Assembly (NCBI GenBank): GCA_963752475.1
Contig: CAVVYR010000010.1
Location: forward strand, 1-25,838
DNA from: an uncultured Chloroflexia bacterium
GTDB lineage: Bacteria > Chloroflexota > Limnocylindria > Limnocylindrales > CSP1-4
DNA length: 25,838 nucleotides
Direction of reading: 5' to 3'
Shown: positions 1 to 9,966 of the stretch, piece after piece
How the letters are laid out: the number at the start of each line of letters is the position of its first letter
How positions within the stretch are numbered: the stretch's first letter is position 1
Program-made: the position numbers and the translations under genes
Notes under the pieces: generated by a model
Told to the model about the DNA's origin: nothing
Databases searched by the model: none
What the model saw: only the letters and a program-made list of their open reading frames with translations

Positions 1-103
1 CCGGCAGGCGAGACTCTCGGGCCTGGAGATCGGCGCGGTCTGCCCGGTGACCCGATGTGTGGCACCGGAGGGTGCCTATGCCACCCACGGGCCACCCGGC
101 ACG

Positions 104-137
104 TTGACGTTTCTGCTCGTTTGTGCTCGAATAGTAG
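104..137 (+). promoter_or_regulatory. Putative promoter/operator of the DeoR operon
   Basis: TTGACG at 104-109 is -35-like. A 10-bp direct repeat gtttctgctc/gtttgtgctc lies at 109-128 in an AT-richer patch just before the ATG at 144. No clear Shine-Dalgarno sequence. Confidence 0.35.
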
Positions 138-143
138 TCATTC

Positions 144-935
144 ATGAGCGATTCTGAGCGACCCACCAGCATCATCGCGTTCGCGCCAGAGCGGCGTGAG
201 CGCGTCAAACAGATCGTCAAGTCGCGTCATGCCGTCCGCGTCGAGGATCTCAAGGAAGAGCTCGGCGTGTCGACCGCCACCATCCGCCGTGACCTCCACG
301 AGCTGGAGGAGGAAGGTGAGCTGCGCCGCGTCCACGGCGGTGCCATCGCCATCGACGAGAGCCCGATCGAGGCCCGCTTCGAGGCCAAGGCCGCCACCAA
401 CCCTGCCGAGAAGCAGCGCATCGCCGAGCATGCCGCCGCCATGGTCGAGGCCGACGCCAAGATCTACCTCGACGCCGGATCCACCTGCCTCGAGCTGGCC
501 AAGCTCCTGGCCCATCGCACCGACATCACCATCGTCACCAACTCCCTGCCCGCCATCAACGAGCTTGCCGGCGCCGGGCCCCGGCTCATCGTCATCGGCG
601 GCGAGCTGCGGGCCCTGAGCCAGGCGCTCGTCGGACCCCTGAGCACGCCCGTGCTCGATCAGCTCTATCTCGACCAAGCCTTCGTGGGCACGTTCAGCCT
701 TTCGCTCGACGCTGGCATGACCACGACAGACCCCGCCGAGGCCTTCACCAAGGAGTACGTGCTCGCGCGCTCGCGCGAGGCGGTGCTCCTGGTGGATGGC
801 TCCAAGCTCGGCACCCGTTCATTCGCCAAGGCTGGCCGGCTCGACCAGATCGACGTCGTCATCACCGACGTCGCGCTGGACGAGGAGGCCAGTGCCACGT
901 TCGAGCACGCCGGCGTCCGCGTCCTGGTCGCCTGA
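144..935 (+). CDS. DeoR/GlpR-family transcriptional regulator
   Basis: N-terminal HTH GVSTATIRRDLHELEEEG..RRVHGGA; C-terminal sensor domain with YLDAGST, IVTNS and GGEL. Confidence 0.95.
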   Translation: MSDSERPTSIIAFAPERRERVKQIVKSRHAVRVEDLKEELGVSTATIRRDLHELEEEGELRRVHGGAIAIDESPIEARFEAKAATNPAEKQRIAEHAAAMVEADAKIYLDAGSTCLELAKLLAHRTDITIVTNSLPAINELAGAGPRLIVIGGELRALSQALVGPLSTPVLDQLYLDQAFVGTFSLSLDAGMTTTDPAEAFTKEYVLARSREAVLLVDGSKLGTRSFAKAGRLDQIDVVITDVALDEEASATFEHAGVRVLVA

Positions 936-944
936 GGAGGATCG

Positions 945-3245
945 ATGACAGAAACCCGCACGCTCTACAAGTCGGACATGCGTCCGGAGTTCGAGCCGTT
1001 CACCATCCAGCCGCCGAAGGTCAAGGGCTTCGGGTACAGCGGCGACCTGGCCTACGAGATCCGCAGCCATCACCTTGACGGCCAGGCGGCCATCGACCTG
1101 CTCGACGACATGCTCGCGATCCGCGAGGTCGAGGAGATGATCGTCCGCCTCCGGTCGGGTGGCTACGAGCCGCTGCAGGGTTTCGCCTACCGCGGCCCCA
1201 CGCACGTCTCCATCGGCCAGGAGGGCACCGCCGTCGGCGCCAGTTCGGTGCTCGGCATCAGCGACCGCATCACCAGCTCCCACCGCGGCCATGGCGACGC
1301 GGTGGCCAAGGGCTTCAGCGCCATCCGCCAGATGACCGACGAGCAGCTCAAGGAGCGCGCGCCCTGGTCCAAGGCCACCGACCGTGAGGGCCTTCTCGCG
1401 GATGCCTTGCAGGAGCACATCTACAGGATCATCGCCGAGCTCTTCGGCAAGGACGAGGGCTACTGCGCCGGCCGCGGTGGTGGCATGCATATCGGTGACT
1501 TCAGCACCGGCCACCTCGGCGCCAACGCCATCGTCGGTGGCTCGGTGCCCATCGCCACCGGCGCGGCCATGGCCAAGCGCTTCATGGGCAGCGAGGACGT
1601 CGTGGTCTGCTTCGCCGGCGACGGCGCGTACGCCAACGGCGTCGTGCTCGAGTCGCTCAACTGGGCTGCGCAGTACCAGTGGAAGAACTTCCTCGCGGGC
1701 GACAAGGCCTATGGCCTCCCTGTCATCTACGTCATCCAGAACAACCACTACGGCATGACCCACCGTACCGATGACGAGGTCATGGGCATCAAGGCCCTCG
1801 CGGTCCGCGGTGCCGGCTTCGCCGAGGACGGCATGCACGCCGAGGTCGTCAACGGCATGGACGTGCTGGCCATGCGCGACGCGGTCAACCGCGCCACCGA
1901 GCTCTGCCGCAACGGCGAGGGCCCGGTGCTCATCGAGGCCTCCACCTACCGCTACTACGGCCACTCCCTCTCCGATCCGCGCAACGAGTACCGGACCAAG
2001 GAGGAGGAAGAGGCCTGGAAGGCGGTCGACCCCATCGAGAACCTGGGCGCACAGCTGATCGCCGAGGGCATCCTCGACGAGGACGGCCTGGCCGAGGTCA
2101 AGAAAGCCGCTGCCGAGCGAAACGCCGCTGCTGCGGTCCGAGCGAGCAAGGCCACCGACCCCGCGCCCGAGGATGTGCTCAAGTACATGTACGCGGGCAC
2201 CATCTCGGAGACCGTGCCCCCTGAGTTCGCGAACCCGACCCTCTACGACGACGCGCCCGAGCCCAAGGTCACCGACAAGGGCATGCTCCAGAAGGACGCC
2301 TTGCGTGAGGCGATGATCGAGGAGATGGAGCGCGACGAGCGAGTCATCTTCTACGGCGAGGACGTGGCCGACTACGGCGGCGCCTTCAAGGCCAGCAAGG
2401 GCCTGATGGAGCGCTTCGGCCGAGACCGTGTCTTCAACACCCCCATCTCCGAGGCCGCCATCATCGGCACCGGCGTCGGTGCGGCCATGGCCGGACTTCG
2501 CCCGGTGGTCGAGCTGATGTACATGGACTTCGCGCTGATGGCGTCAGACCAGATCGCCAACCAGGCCGGCAAGTGGCACTTCATGAGCGGCGGCCAGACC
2601 ACCATCCCGATGGTCATCCGCTGCTCGGTCGGTGCCGGCAAGGGCTACGGCGGCCAGCACAGCCAGTCGCTCGAGTCGCTCTTCACGCACCTGCCCGGCC
2701 TGGTCGTGGCCTACCCCTCGACCGCCGAGGATGCCAAGGGCATGCTCAAGTCGGCCATCCGCTCCGACGACCCGGTGCTCTTCTGCGAGAGCCAGGGCCT
2801 GTACGCCGCGCGTGGTCCGGTGCCCGACGGTGAGTACACGGTCCCGCTGGGCAAGTCCGCGGTCGTGCGCGAGGGTGGCGATGCCACCATCGTGGCCTGG
2901 GGCCCGGCCGTGCCCGATGCGCTCAAGGCCGCCGATCAGCTTGCGGCCGATGGCGTCGAGTGCGACGTCATCGACCTGCGCACGCTGGTGCCACTGGACA
3001 TGGAGCCGGTGCTGGCCTCGGTGGCCAAGACCGGTCGCTGCGTCGTCGCCGCCCAGGCCATCCTCTCGGGCAGCTACGTCAACGAGGTCGTGGCCCGCGT
3101 GGTCAACGAGGCCTTCGATGATCTCGACGGTCCGGTCGCTCGCATCGGTGCCGCCAACGGCATCAGTCCGCAGGCCGAGGGTCTCGAGGCGGCCTTCCTG
3201 CCGGGCGCCGACGACATCGCCAACGCTGTGAAGGGGCTCATCTGA
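945..3245 (+). CDS. Fused E1 alpha/beta subunit of a ThDP-dependent 2-oxoacid/acetoin dehydrogenase complex
   Basis: GAGGAGG RBS. Alpha motifs HVSIGQE, SHRGHG, GGGMH, the ThDP motif GDGA...NN and YRYYGHS. Beta motifs GEDV, NTPISEAAI, HSQS and IDLRTLVPLD. Confidence 0.93.
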   Translation: MTETRTLYKSDMRPEFEPFTIQPPKVKGFGYSGDLAYEIRSHHLDGQAAIDLLDDMLAIREVEEMIVRLRSGGYEPLQGFAYRGPTHVSIGQEGTAVGASSVLGISDRITSSHRGHGDAVAKGFSAIRQMTDEQLKERAPWSKATDREGLLADALQEHIYRIIAELFGKDEGYCAGRGGGMHIGDFSTGHLGANAIVGGSVPIATGAAMAKRFMGSEDVVVCFAGDGAYANGVVLESLNWAAQYQWKNFLAGDKAYGLPVIYVIQNNHYGMTHRTDDEVMGIKALAVRGAGFAEDGMHAEVVNGMDVLAMRDAVNRATELCRNGEGPVLIEASTYRYYGHSLSDPRNEYRTKEEEEAWKAVDPIENLGAQLIAEGILDEDGLAEVKKAAAERNAAAAVRASKATDPAPEDVLKYMYAGTISETVPPEFANPTLYDDAPEPKVTDKGMLQKDALREAMIEEMERDERVIFYGEDVADYGGAFKASKGLMERFGRDRVFNTPISEAAIIGTGVGAAMAGLRPVVELMYMDFALMASDQIANQAGKWHFMSGGQTTIPMVIRCSVGAGKGYGGQHSQSLESLFTHLPGLVVAYPSTAEDAKGMLKSAIRSDDPVLFCESQGLYAARGPVPDGEYTVPLGKSAVVREGGDATIVAWGPAVPDALKAADQLAADGVECDVIDLRTLVPLDMEPVLASVAKTGRCVVAAQAILSGSYVNEVVARVVNEAFDDLDGPVARIGAANGISPQAEGLEAAFLPGADDIANAVKGLI

Positions 3246-4576
3246 TGGCCGTTCCCATCCGCATGCCGATGCCCGGTCAGATGACCGAGGAGTGCACCGT
3301 GCTCCAGTGGTTCAAGGCCGAGGGCGAGACGGTCTCCAAGGGCGACCCGCTCTTCGAGATCGAGACCGACAAGTCGAACATGGAGATCGAGGCCTTCGAC
3401 GAGGGCGCGCTGCTGCGCATCGATGCGCCCGAAGGGGCGACGGTGCCGGTCGAGTCGATCGTGGCCTGGATCGGCAAGCCCGGCGAGGAGCTGCCCGAGC
3501 CTGAGGCTGCGGGCGGCGCTGCACCGGCGGCGGCTCCGGCACCCGAGCCCGAGGCCGCTCCGGCAGCGCCTGCGGCTGTCGAGGCCCCGGCGGCACCGTC
3601 CGCGCCCCAGACCCCGCCCATGCAGGAGCGTGCTGCTACGCCCGCTCCGGCGGGCGACGGCAAGCTCAAGATCAGCCCGCGTGCCAGCCGCGTCGCCGCC
3701 GAGCTCGGGGTCGACCCCCGTTCGGTGCACGGCACCGGCCCCGGCGGCCGCATCGTCGAGCGTGACGTGCGAGCCGCAGCAGAGGGTGGCGTCGCCGCTC
3801 AGGCCAGTGCGCCCGCCGCTGCCGCGCCGGCGCCCGCCTCCCCTGCCCCGGCCGCACCGGTCGCCGCTCCGCCGGCACCGACGAACGTGACGGGCGAGGG
3901 CGAGACCATGAGTCGCATGCGCCAGACCATCGCCAGGCGGCTGACCGAAAACACCTCGGTGCCCACCTTCACGGTCACGCAGGCCGTCGACATGACCGAC
4001 CTGTTCGGCTATCGAGCACAGCTCAAGGCCGCCGGATCGAAGATCAGCGTCACCGACTTCGTCCACGTGGCCGTGGTCCAGGCACTGGGCGAGTTCCCCA
4101 TGCTCAACGCCTCCACCGACGGCGTGAAGGTCTGGAAGCACGAGCACGTCCACCTCGGTGTGGCCGTGTCCGTTCCCGACGGCCTGCTGGTGCCGGTCGT
4201 CCGCGAGGCCGACATGCTCAGCGTCAAGGGCCTCCACGACAAGACCGCCGAGACGGTCGTCGCGGCCCGCGATGGCTCGCTCGCGCTCGACCTGCTCACT
4301 GGTTCGACCTTCTCGGTCAGCAACATGGGCATGTTCGGCGTCGAGCAGTTCACGGCCATCATCAACCCCGGCGAGGCCGGCATCCTCGCGGTGTCGAGCG
4401 TGGTCGAGGAGGTCCGCCCCTACGCCGGTGGCATGGCCATCCGCAAGATGATGCGCATCACCCTCACCGCCGACCACCGCATCGTGGACGGCGCCATGGG
4501 TGCCGAGTTCGTCAATGCCGTCAAGCGTCGCCTCGAGGACGCGGACGGCTTCCGCAACCAGGTGCCGCTCAGCTAG
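3245..4576 (+). CDS. Dihydrolipoamide acyltransferase (E2)
   Basis: Lipoyl domain ETDKSNME, Ala/Pro linkers, subunit-binding domain GTGPGGRIVERDV and catalytic DHRIVDG. Stop/start overlap (TGATG) with E1. Confidence 0.95.
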   Translation: MAVPIRMPMPGQMTEECTVLQWFKAEGETVSKGDPLFEIETDKSNMEIEAFDEGALLRIDAPEGATVPVESIVAWIGKPGEELPEPEAAGGAAPAAAPAPEPEAAPAAPAAVEAPAAPSAPQTPPMQERAATPAPAGDGKLKISPRASRVAAELGVDPRSVHGTGPGGRIVERDVRAAAEGGVAAQASAPAAAAPAPASPAPAAPVAAPPAPTNVTGEGETMSRMRQTIARRLTENTSVPTFTVTQAVDMTDLFGYRAQLKAAGSKISVTDFVHVAVVQALGEFPMLNASTDGVKVWKHEHVHLGVAVSVPDGLLVPVVREADMLSVKGLHDKTAETVVAARDGSLALDLLTGSTFSVSNMGMFGVEQFTAIINPGEAGILAVSSVVEEVRPYAGGMAIRKMMRITLTADHRIVDGAMGAEFVNAVKRRLEDADGFRNQVPLS

Positions 4577-4606
4577 CGACACCTCTGAGTCAGTCCTCCT
4601 CCTCTG

Positions 4607-4645
4607 ACCGGCGGTCGAGTCCCCCACTCGGCCGCCGGTTTCTCA
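4607..4645. terminator. Stem-loop, probable bidirectional terminator
   Basis: accggcggtcgagt-ccccc-actcggccgccggt (14-bp stem with one G-U pair) followed by a short T run, between convergent genes. Confidence 0.65.
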
Positions 4646-4659
4646 TGTCGGCGGCCGAC

Positions 4660-5550
4660 CTATCCGTCGGCGGTGTCGAACCGGTCGATGATGGCCTCCA
4701 CGATGGGCTCGGGAGCATCTTCCTGGATGTAGTGGCCAGCCTCGGGGAGCAACACGAGACGGTGATCGGGGAACGTGGAGCGCCAGCGATCCAGGCTCCG
4801 CTTGCTGCCGAAGGCCGGGTCCTTCTGGCCCTGCACCAACACGATCGGCCGGTCGGTCAACGTCGCCTTCACTCGCTGCTCCAGCTCGGTGAGCCACGAC
4901 CGGGCGGCGCGGATCTGCCTGGGGAACTCTGCGATGCCCGCGCGTGACTCCGGCGTCGGCACGACTTCGGAGTAGTGAGCGAACTCGTCCGCGCTGAGCT
5001 CCGCCTGCAGCATCCGCTTCATCAGCGTGGTCACGAAGAAGTTGCGCCGCTTGATGAGCAGCTGCATCGGCGGTGAGCCCATGGCCAGGCTGAAGATGCG
5101 CATGTTGTTGTCATCGGCCGGCCAGAACCAGGTGTTGCCCATGACCAGGCCGCTGAACCGTTCGGGCATGCGAGACGCGATATCCATGCCGATGGGCCCG
5201 CCCCAGTCCTGACCCATGACCACGGCGTCCTGGAGGTCGAGCTGTTCGACCAGCTCGCGAACCACGGCCGCATGCTCGCCCGGCGTGTAGCCGTACGGCG
5301 CGGGCGGGTGGACGGATAGACCGAAGCCAGGGTAGTCGGGCACGACACAGCGGAACCGACCCTCGAGAGCGGTCACGAACTTGCGATAGAGGAAGCTCCA
5401 GTCGGGGTTGCCATGCATGAGCAGCAGCGGGCGCCCCTCGCCCTCGTCGACGTAGTGCACGGGGCCGACCGAACTATCGAACCAACGGGACTCGAACGGG
5501 AAGTACTCGGGCGACGGCTCGAAGTCGACGATCCCGTCAGGTCGTGGCAT
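4660..5550 (-). CDS. Haloalkane dehalogenase subfamily III / OleB-like alpha/beta hydrolase (DhmA2/Rv1833c-like)
   Basis: HGNPDWSFLY, nucleophile elbow GQDWGGP, GNTWFWP and catalytic AGHYIQED. GGAGG precedes the ATG at 5550, so the start is moved from 5571. Confidence 0.88.
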   Translation of the reverse strand: MPRPDGIVDFEPSPEYFPFESRWFDSSVGPVHYVDEGEGRPLLLMHGNPDWSFLYRKFVTALEGRFRCVVPDYPGFGLSVHPPAPYGYTPGEHAAVVRELVEQLDLQDAVVMGQDWGGPIGMDIASRMPERFSGLVMGNTWFWPADDNNMRIFSLAMGSPPMQLLIKRRNFFVTTLMKRMLQAELSADEFAHYSEVVPTPESRAGIAEFPRQIRAARSWLTELEQRVKATLTDRPIVLVQGQKDPAFGSKRSLDRWRSTFPDHRLVLLPEAGHYIQEDAPEPIVEAIIDRFDTADG

Positions 5551-5778
5551 GAGGTCCTCCCCGGCACCCAAGGGGTCGTGCCGCTGATGCTGCGCCCGCG
5601 TTCAGCGTGGCACGCGCATGTCCAGAGGGCCAGCGCGTTGTGCGGACCCTTGCGTAACTGCGAGTAGCGTACTTCGAACCAGACGAACACCAGGGACAGC
5701 GATCGCGGGGTGGCCGCAGGAACTGGCGGATAGCCCGAACCGGCCACGGCGTCATGGCGGAACGTGGTCCCCGCAGCG

Positions 5779-6918
5779 TCAGGCGGGATCGTACGGCCGG
5801 GCTGTCTCCACCTCCAATCGCTCCAGCTCGGAGGGAACGGCCATGAAGCCGGTCTTGCCTCGGGCATACCAGAGGCTCCCATCGGGCGCGAACGCGAGGC
5901 TCTGACACTACCGTCCCCCGCGCGCATGTCGAGGGTCGCCCACGTCTCACCGTCGAAGAGCATCCGCGTCACATCGAACCGTTGGGTGGCGATCGGATCC
6001 TCGTCCCAGACCAGCATCCAGACCCGGCCATCCGGGGCGGCCTGCAGACCGAAGGGCAGGCCGTGCTTGTCACTCAGCAGCGAGGGCAGGCGCCAGGCAG
6101 ACCAGGCCTCGCCGTCCCAGCGGCAAGGTGGGCCCGCGTGGTCGTGGTCGGGGATGAGCACGGCCCACAGGGTCCCGTCGGCGCCGACGTCGAGGCCCAT
6201 GACAGCACCGCTCATCCCCCGAAGGGCGTGACATCGGCCCAGCCGTCGCCGTCGAAACGCGTCAGCCCCGCGGGTCGAGCGTCCCGATCGGTCAGCCCGG
6301 CCCAGGCGGTCCCATCGGGCGTGACGCCGAAGCCGGTGATGGCCCCCTCGCCGAAGGGCAGGGTGAAGGTGACCGCGAGGTCGTCGATGGACCAGCTGTT
6401 CCAGGTCGAGCCGTCGAGGCGCCCGAGGTGCTCCCAATGCGGCACCCAGGCGGTGCCATCGTCCATGACCTCGAGGTCGTACGCCCCGAGGCCGTCCTGC
6501 CACGGCTCGGACCAGCTCCAGCGGCCATCGTCGAGGAGCGCGTAGCGCGACCCTCTCACGAGCACGGCCCTGCCGGAGGGCGTGGAGACCATGTCCTTCG
6601 CTCCGCGCACTCCGTCGGTCCAACCGCCACGCTTCCCTGCCCGAAAGACCCTGTCCGGCGGCTCGAACCGCATCACCCACAGCGTGCCGTCGCGGGTGAT
6701 GGCGAGGCGCCGGAGTCGGTCCATCGGGTGGCGGCCATCGCCTACCAGCCGGTACTCGCCGGGGCGCTCGGTCTCTCAGCTGCAGCTTGTCGAGCACCTT
6801 GGCGACCGGCGCGCCCCGGTGCCCACGCCGGGGCCAGCATCCGGTTCGCCTGGGCGGTAGCGACGAGGGGTTGTGCCGAAAGCGCCAGTGCCAGCGCGAT
6901 GATGCAGGTCAGCCTCAT
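5779..6918 (-). pseudogene. Secreted beta-propeller-repeat protein, broken by at least 3 frameshifts (real or sequencing error)
   Basis: AAGGAGG RBS and signal peptide MRLTCIIALALALSAQPLVATAQA. xxDGxxW repeats (TRDGTLW, TPDGTAW, GADGTLW, APDGRVW, APDGSLW) are spread over successive frames. Ends ...ARPYDPA-TGA at 5779. Confidence 0.6.
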
Positions 6919-8361
6919 GACTGGGCACCTCCTTCGGGCTCCATCTCGTCGGGATGGAGGATGTGCGGTTCGCGGGACTCGGAGAGGACCCACAGGCTGT
7001 CGTCCGGCGCGAGCTGCAGCGTCGATGCTCGCCGAGCGCGAGGGGGATCTCATAGGTCGACCAGGCCGACCCGTCGAGCATGAGCAGTGCGGGGTGACCC
7101 CGCTGCTTGAGGGTCCAGAAACAGGCCTCATCGGTCGATGACCATGGATGCGGGATCGGCGCCAGAACCGTCGTCCAGCCGTCTCCGTCCCAGTGCATCA
7201 GCTCCGCATCGGGATACGCCCGCTGGACCCACATCGAGTCGTCGTGCCCCGGATGGAAGACGTCTCTGCGAGGGTCCGACCCGCCCATGTCGATCGGCAG
7301 CAGCGGCTCCGCAGGCGGGGAGACCTCCTCCAGCAACCCGCGAGCGCGCCAGGGTCGATGGCAAGAGACATCCCGCTGTTCGGGTTCTGCGGGTCGGGCC
7401 AGTGCCGGAGCCATGCCCAGACCGAGCCGTCCGAGGCGATCTCCAGGTCAGCGACGCCGACGAGCTCGAGGTCGATGCCGGACGGCCAGTCGATGTCCAT
7501 GTCGCGGGGGTGGAACTCCGTCCAGGCGTCCCCGTCGTAGCGGGCAGGTCGAGGAACGTCCGGGCTGGTCGCCCACAGCTCGCCGGACTCGGTGGTCCCC
7601 ACCAGCGTCCAGCCGTGCCAGCCCGGGGTCTCTGCTTCCGGCCATGCCTCGAACGGCTGCCAACCGTCGTCATCGAGCACCAAGACCCCATGGCTGAACC
7701 AACCCGCGCTGAACAGTCGGCCATCGCGGCCGGCGAGGAGCTGACCCCCAGGATGTTCGTAGCCGCGGCGTTGCCCGACCTCTACGAGCCGATCGCGCCT
7801 GGTGATCCAGACCCGGCCGTCTGGCGCGATGACGAGCTGGTCGATGTTGCGCATGCGCCGGCCGGTCGCGTCGGCCACGACCCGTGTGACGCCGGGCGCT
7901 AACGTCCTGGTCTCGAGTCCACCGAGGATGGCCCGGTAGCGCTCGAGCGCGGCGTTCTCGCTCGGCATCGCGGTGGGGGCTTCGGCTGAAGCCTCGACGT
8001 CGGGTGGGGCCGGCATCTCCGTCGCCGGAGGCAGGAGAGCTTCACTCGTCGTCGCGGGTGGGGGCGGCACAGGCTCTGCGGGTCCGGCGAGGAACCCCCG
8101 GGCCAGGAACCCGAAGACCGCCGCGAGCAGCACGGCGGCCAGCCCGGTCGAGATCACCATGGCCAGCCGGCCGAGGCGATCATCCGACCCATCCGACCGG
8201 CCGAGTAGCGGTACCGATAGCCACCAGCGACGGTGGCGCTGGGGTGTGACAGCGATCATGGCCAGCATCTCCTCGAAGCCCTCGCGGGGCTCACGCAGCG
8301 TGGCGGCGCGCTCGGCGAACCAGCGTTCGAGCTGCGGCTCGCGACGTCGTTCGGCGTTCAT
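6915..8361 (-). pseudogene. Single-pass membrane protein (putative anti-sigma factor) with extracellular propeller repeats, frameshifted
   Basis: ATGA overlap with the ECF sigma stop. Short cytoplasmic N-terminus, TM helix LAMVISTGLAAVLLAAVFGFLA, Pro-rich linker, then APDGRVW/ASDGSVW/WDGDGW repeats that continue in the 6776-7414 frame. The end is inferred from the ATGA overlap at 6915-6918. Confidence 0.55.
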
Positions 8362-8937
8362 CGCGCCACCTCGTGCGTGGTGTGATCCGACATCGCCGGT
8401 CGGGCGTCCGCTTCGAGTGCCGCCCGCATCGCCTCATGGGCTCGATGCAGCCGGCTGCGGGCGGTACCCACGGCGATACCGAGAGCATCGGCGATGGCTT
8501 CGTGACTCATATCCGCGTAGTGGAAGAGCACCAAGACGTTGAGCATCGAGCGACAGGGGAAGCCCGAACCGATGCACTAGCCGACGACCGAGGCCGGGGC
8601 GGTCGTAGCGTCCTTCGGGAGCCACCTCCGGCGAGTCACGTCGCCATCGCTTGCGCTTGCGCCACTCGTTGCGGCACTCGTTGACCAGCGACTGGAAGCA
8701 CCACGATTTGAAGCGTTCGGGGTCGCGCAGCTGGGGCAGGTGGCGCCAGACCCGGACCATGGCCTGCTGGGTGGCGTCTTCAGCTGCGCCCAGGTCACCC
8801 ATGATCGAGTAGGCCACGCGGTGCAGCCGCGGATACATCGGCTCCACCAGCCAAGAGAACGCGTTCAGGTCGCCGTTCTGCGCCCGGCCCACCAAGTCGG
8901 CATACATCCCGACCCTGTGCCCCCGTTTGCCCAGCAC
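8358..8937 (-). CDS. ECF (sigma-70 group 4) sigma factor, frameshifted as sequenced
   Basis: Region 2 (AEDATQQAMVRVWRHL..LRDPERFKSW) is in ORF 8434-8937. Region 4 (MSHEAIADALGIAVGTARSRLHRA) is in ORF 8358-8546. GGAGG lies upstream of the GTG at 8937. Confidence 0.85.
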
Positions 8938-9964
8938 CGTGCTGGTGCCTCCATAGCGTACGACCCGGGTCGAGGGTGGCCGCGTTCCAGAATTGCCCCG
9001 CGCGACCTAGCGGAGAAGCGGCTCTATGTCCGCGTGGCTCAGGCGCGCGCGGCGTCTCCAGGGGGAGGCGGTCCCTGAGGCTGTCCGCCCGAAGGTTGGG
9101 TCGCGCATCGATCGCCTGGAGCGCTCGCACGCCGACAGCCACGCTGGCTCCGGCCATGAAGGCGAAGACCACCAGCGGCGGCAGCGCGAGCTCATCGGTC
9201 ACCAGCGCCTCTACGAGGAGCATGGACACGATGGCGAGGGCCATCGAGGCGCCCTTCACCAGGATCAGCGCCGCCGACACATAGCCCACCGGGAGCCTGA
9301 GGTAGACGGACAGACCGGTGAAGACCGCGAGCGGCACAAGCAATCCAAGGTCGAATACGGGCACGACCAGCGTGGAGCCACCCTGGAGTTGGTCGACCAC
9401 CGTCTCACCCCAGGAGCCCACGATCACCGGCAGCCACAGTCCCGCGAGGATGACCACCACAGCGACGTTGTAGACGACGATCTTGCCGCGAGGGAAAGGC
9501 CGGGAGTCGCTGACGCGGAGCGCGTCGAGATCGAGTCCGTACAGCAGCAGGCCCAGGGCCGAGATCGCGAACGCGAGCGTGGCGATGTAGATGGGAAACA
9601 GCGGACCCAGCGCCCAGTAGACCGCGTACTGCGCGGACTGGTAGGTGAGATAGGCCAACAGGCCGGCGGTCACCAGGGTGGCCCGAGCCGAGCCACGCCA
9701 GACCAGCGCCAGCGTCACCAGCGTGGCCGGCACGACCACGAACAGCGTGACGATGTCCCAGCCGATGCCCTCGGCCACGATGCCCTCCGCATTGAAGCGG
9801 TAGATGCCGTCGGTCACCACCTCTACGACCTCGCCGCGAACGGTCGTGAACTCCGTCGTTGACAGATCACCCCGCAGCAGCACGCCGGCCGCGCTGGCGA
9901 CCCCGGCCAGCACCGCCGCCATACTGCCGAGCAAGACCACGAACCGTGCGATGGACCGTTCCAT
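8795..9964 (-). CDS. Polytopic integral membrane protein of unknown function
   Basis: About 8 hydrophobic segments; ATG at 9964 lies 2 nt after the TetR stop. The tail beyond about 9040 is uncharacteristic and overlaps the sigma gene, so the true stop may be earlier. Confidence 0.7.
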   Translation of the reverse strand: MERSIARFVVLLGSMAAVLAGVASAAGVLLRGDLSTTEFTTVRGEVVEVVTDGIYRFNAEGIVAEGIGWDIVTLFVVVPATLVTLALVWRGSARATLVTAGLLAYLTYQSAQYAVYWALGPLFPIYIATLAFAISALGLLLYGLDLDALRVSDSRPFPRGKIVVYNVAVVVILAGLWLPVIVGSWGETVVDQLQGGSTLVVPVFDLGLLVPLAVFTGLSVYLRLPVGYVSAALILVKGASMALAIVSMLLVEALVTDELALPPLVVFAFMAGASVAVGVRALQAIDARPNLRADSLRDRLPLETPRAPEPRGHRAASPLGRAGQFWNAATLDPGRTLWRHQHGAGQTGAQGRDVCRLGGPGAERRPERVLLAGGADVSAAAPRGLLDHG

Positions 9965-9966
9965 CG

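Noticed and set aside
3490-3890. Ala/Pro-rich low-complexity stretches
   Set aside because: These are normal flexible linkers of E2 subunits.
5551-5778. Possible ncRNA or riboswitch in the intergenic gap
   Set aside because: No recognisable conserved motif or convincing structure by eye. An Rfam cmscan would be needed.
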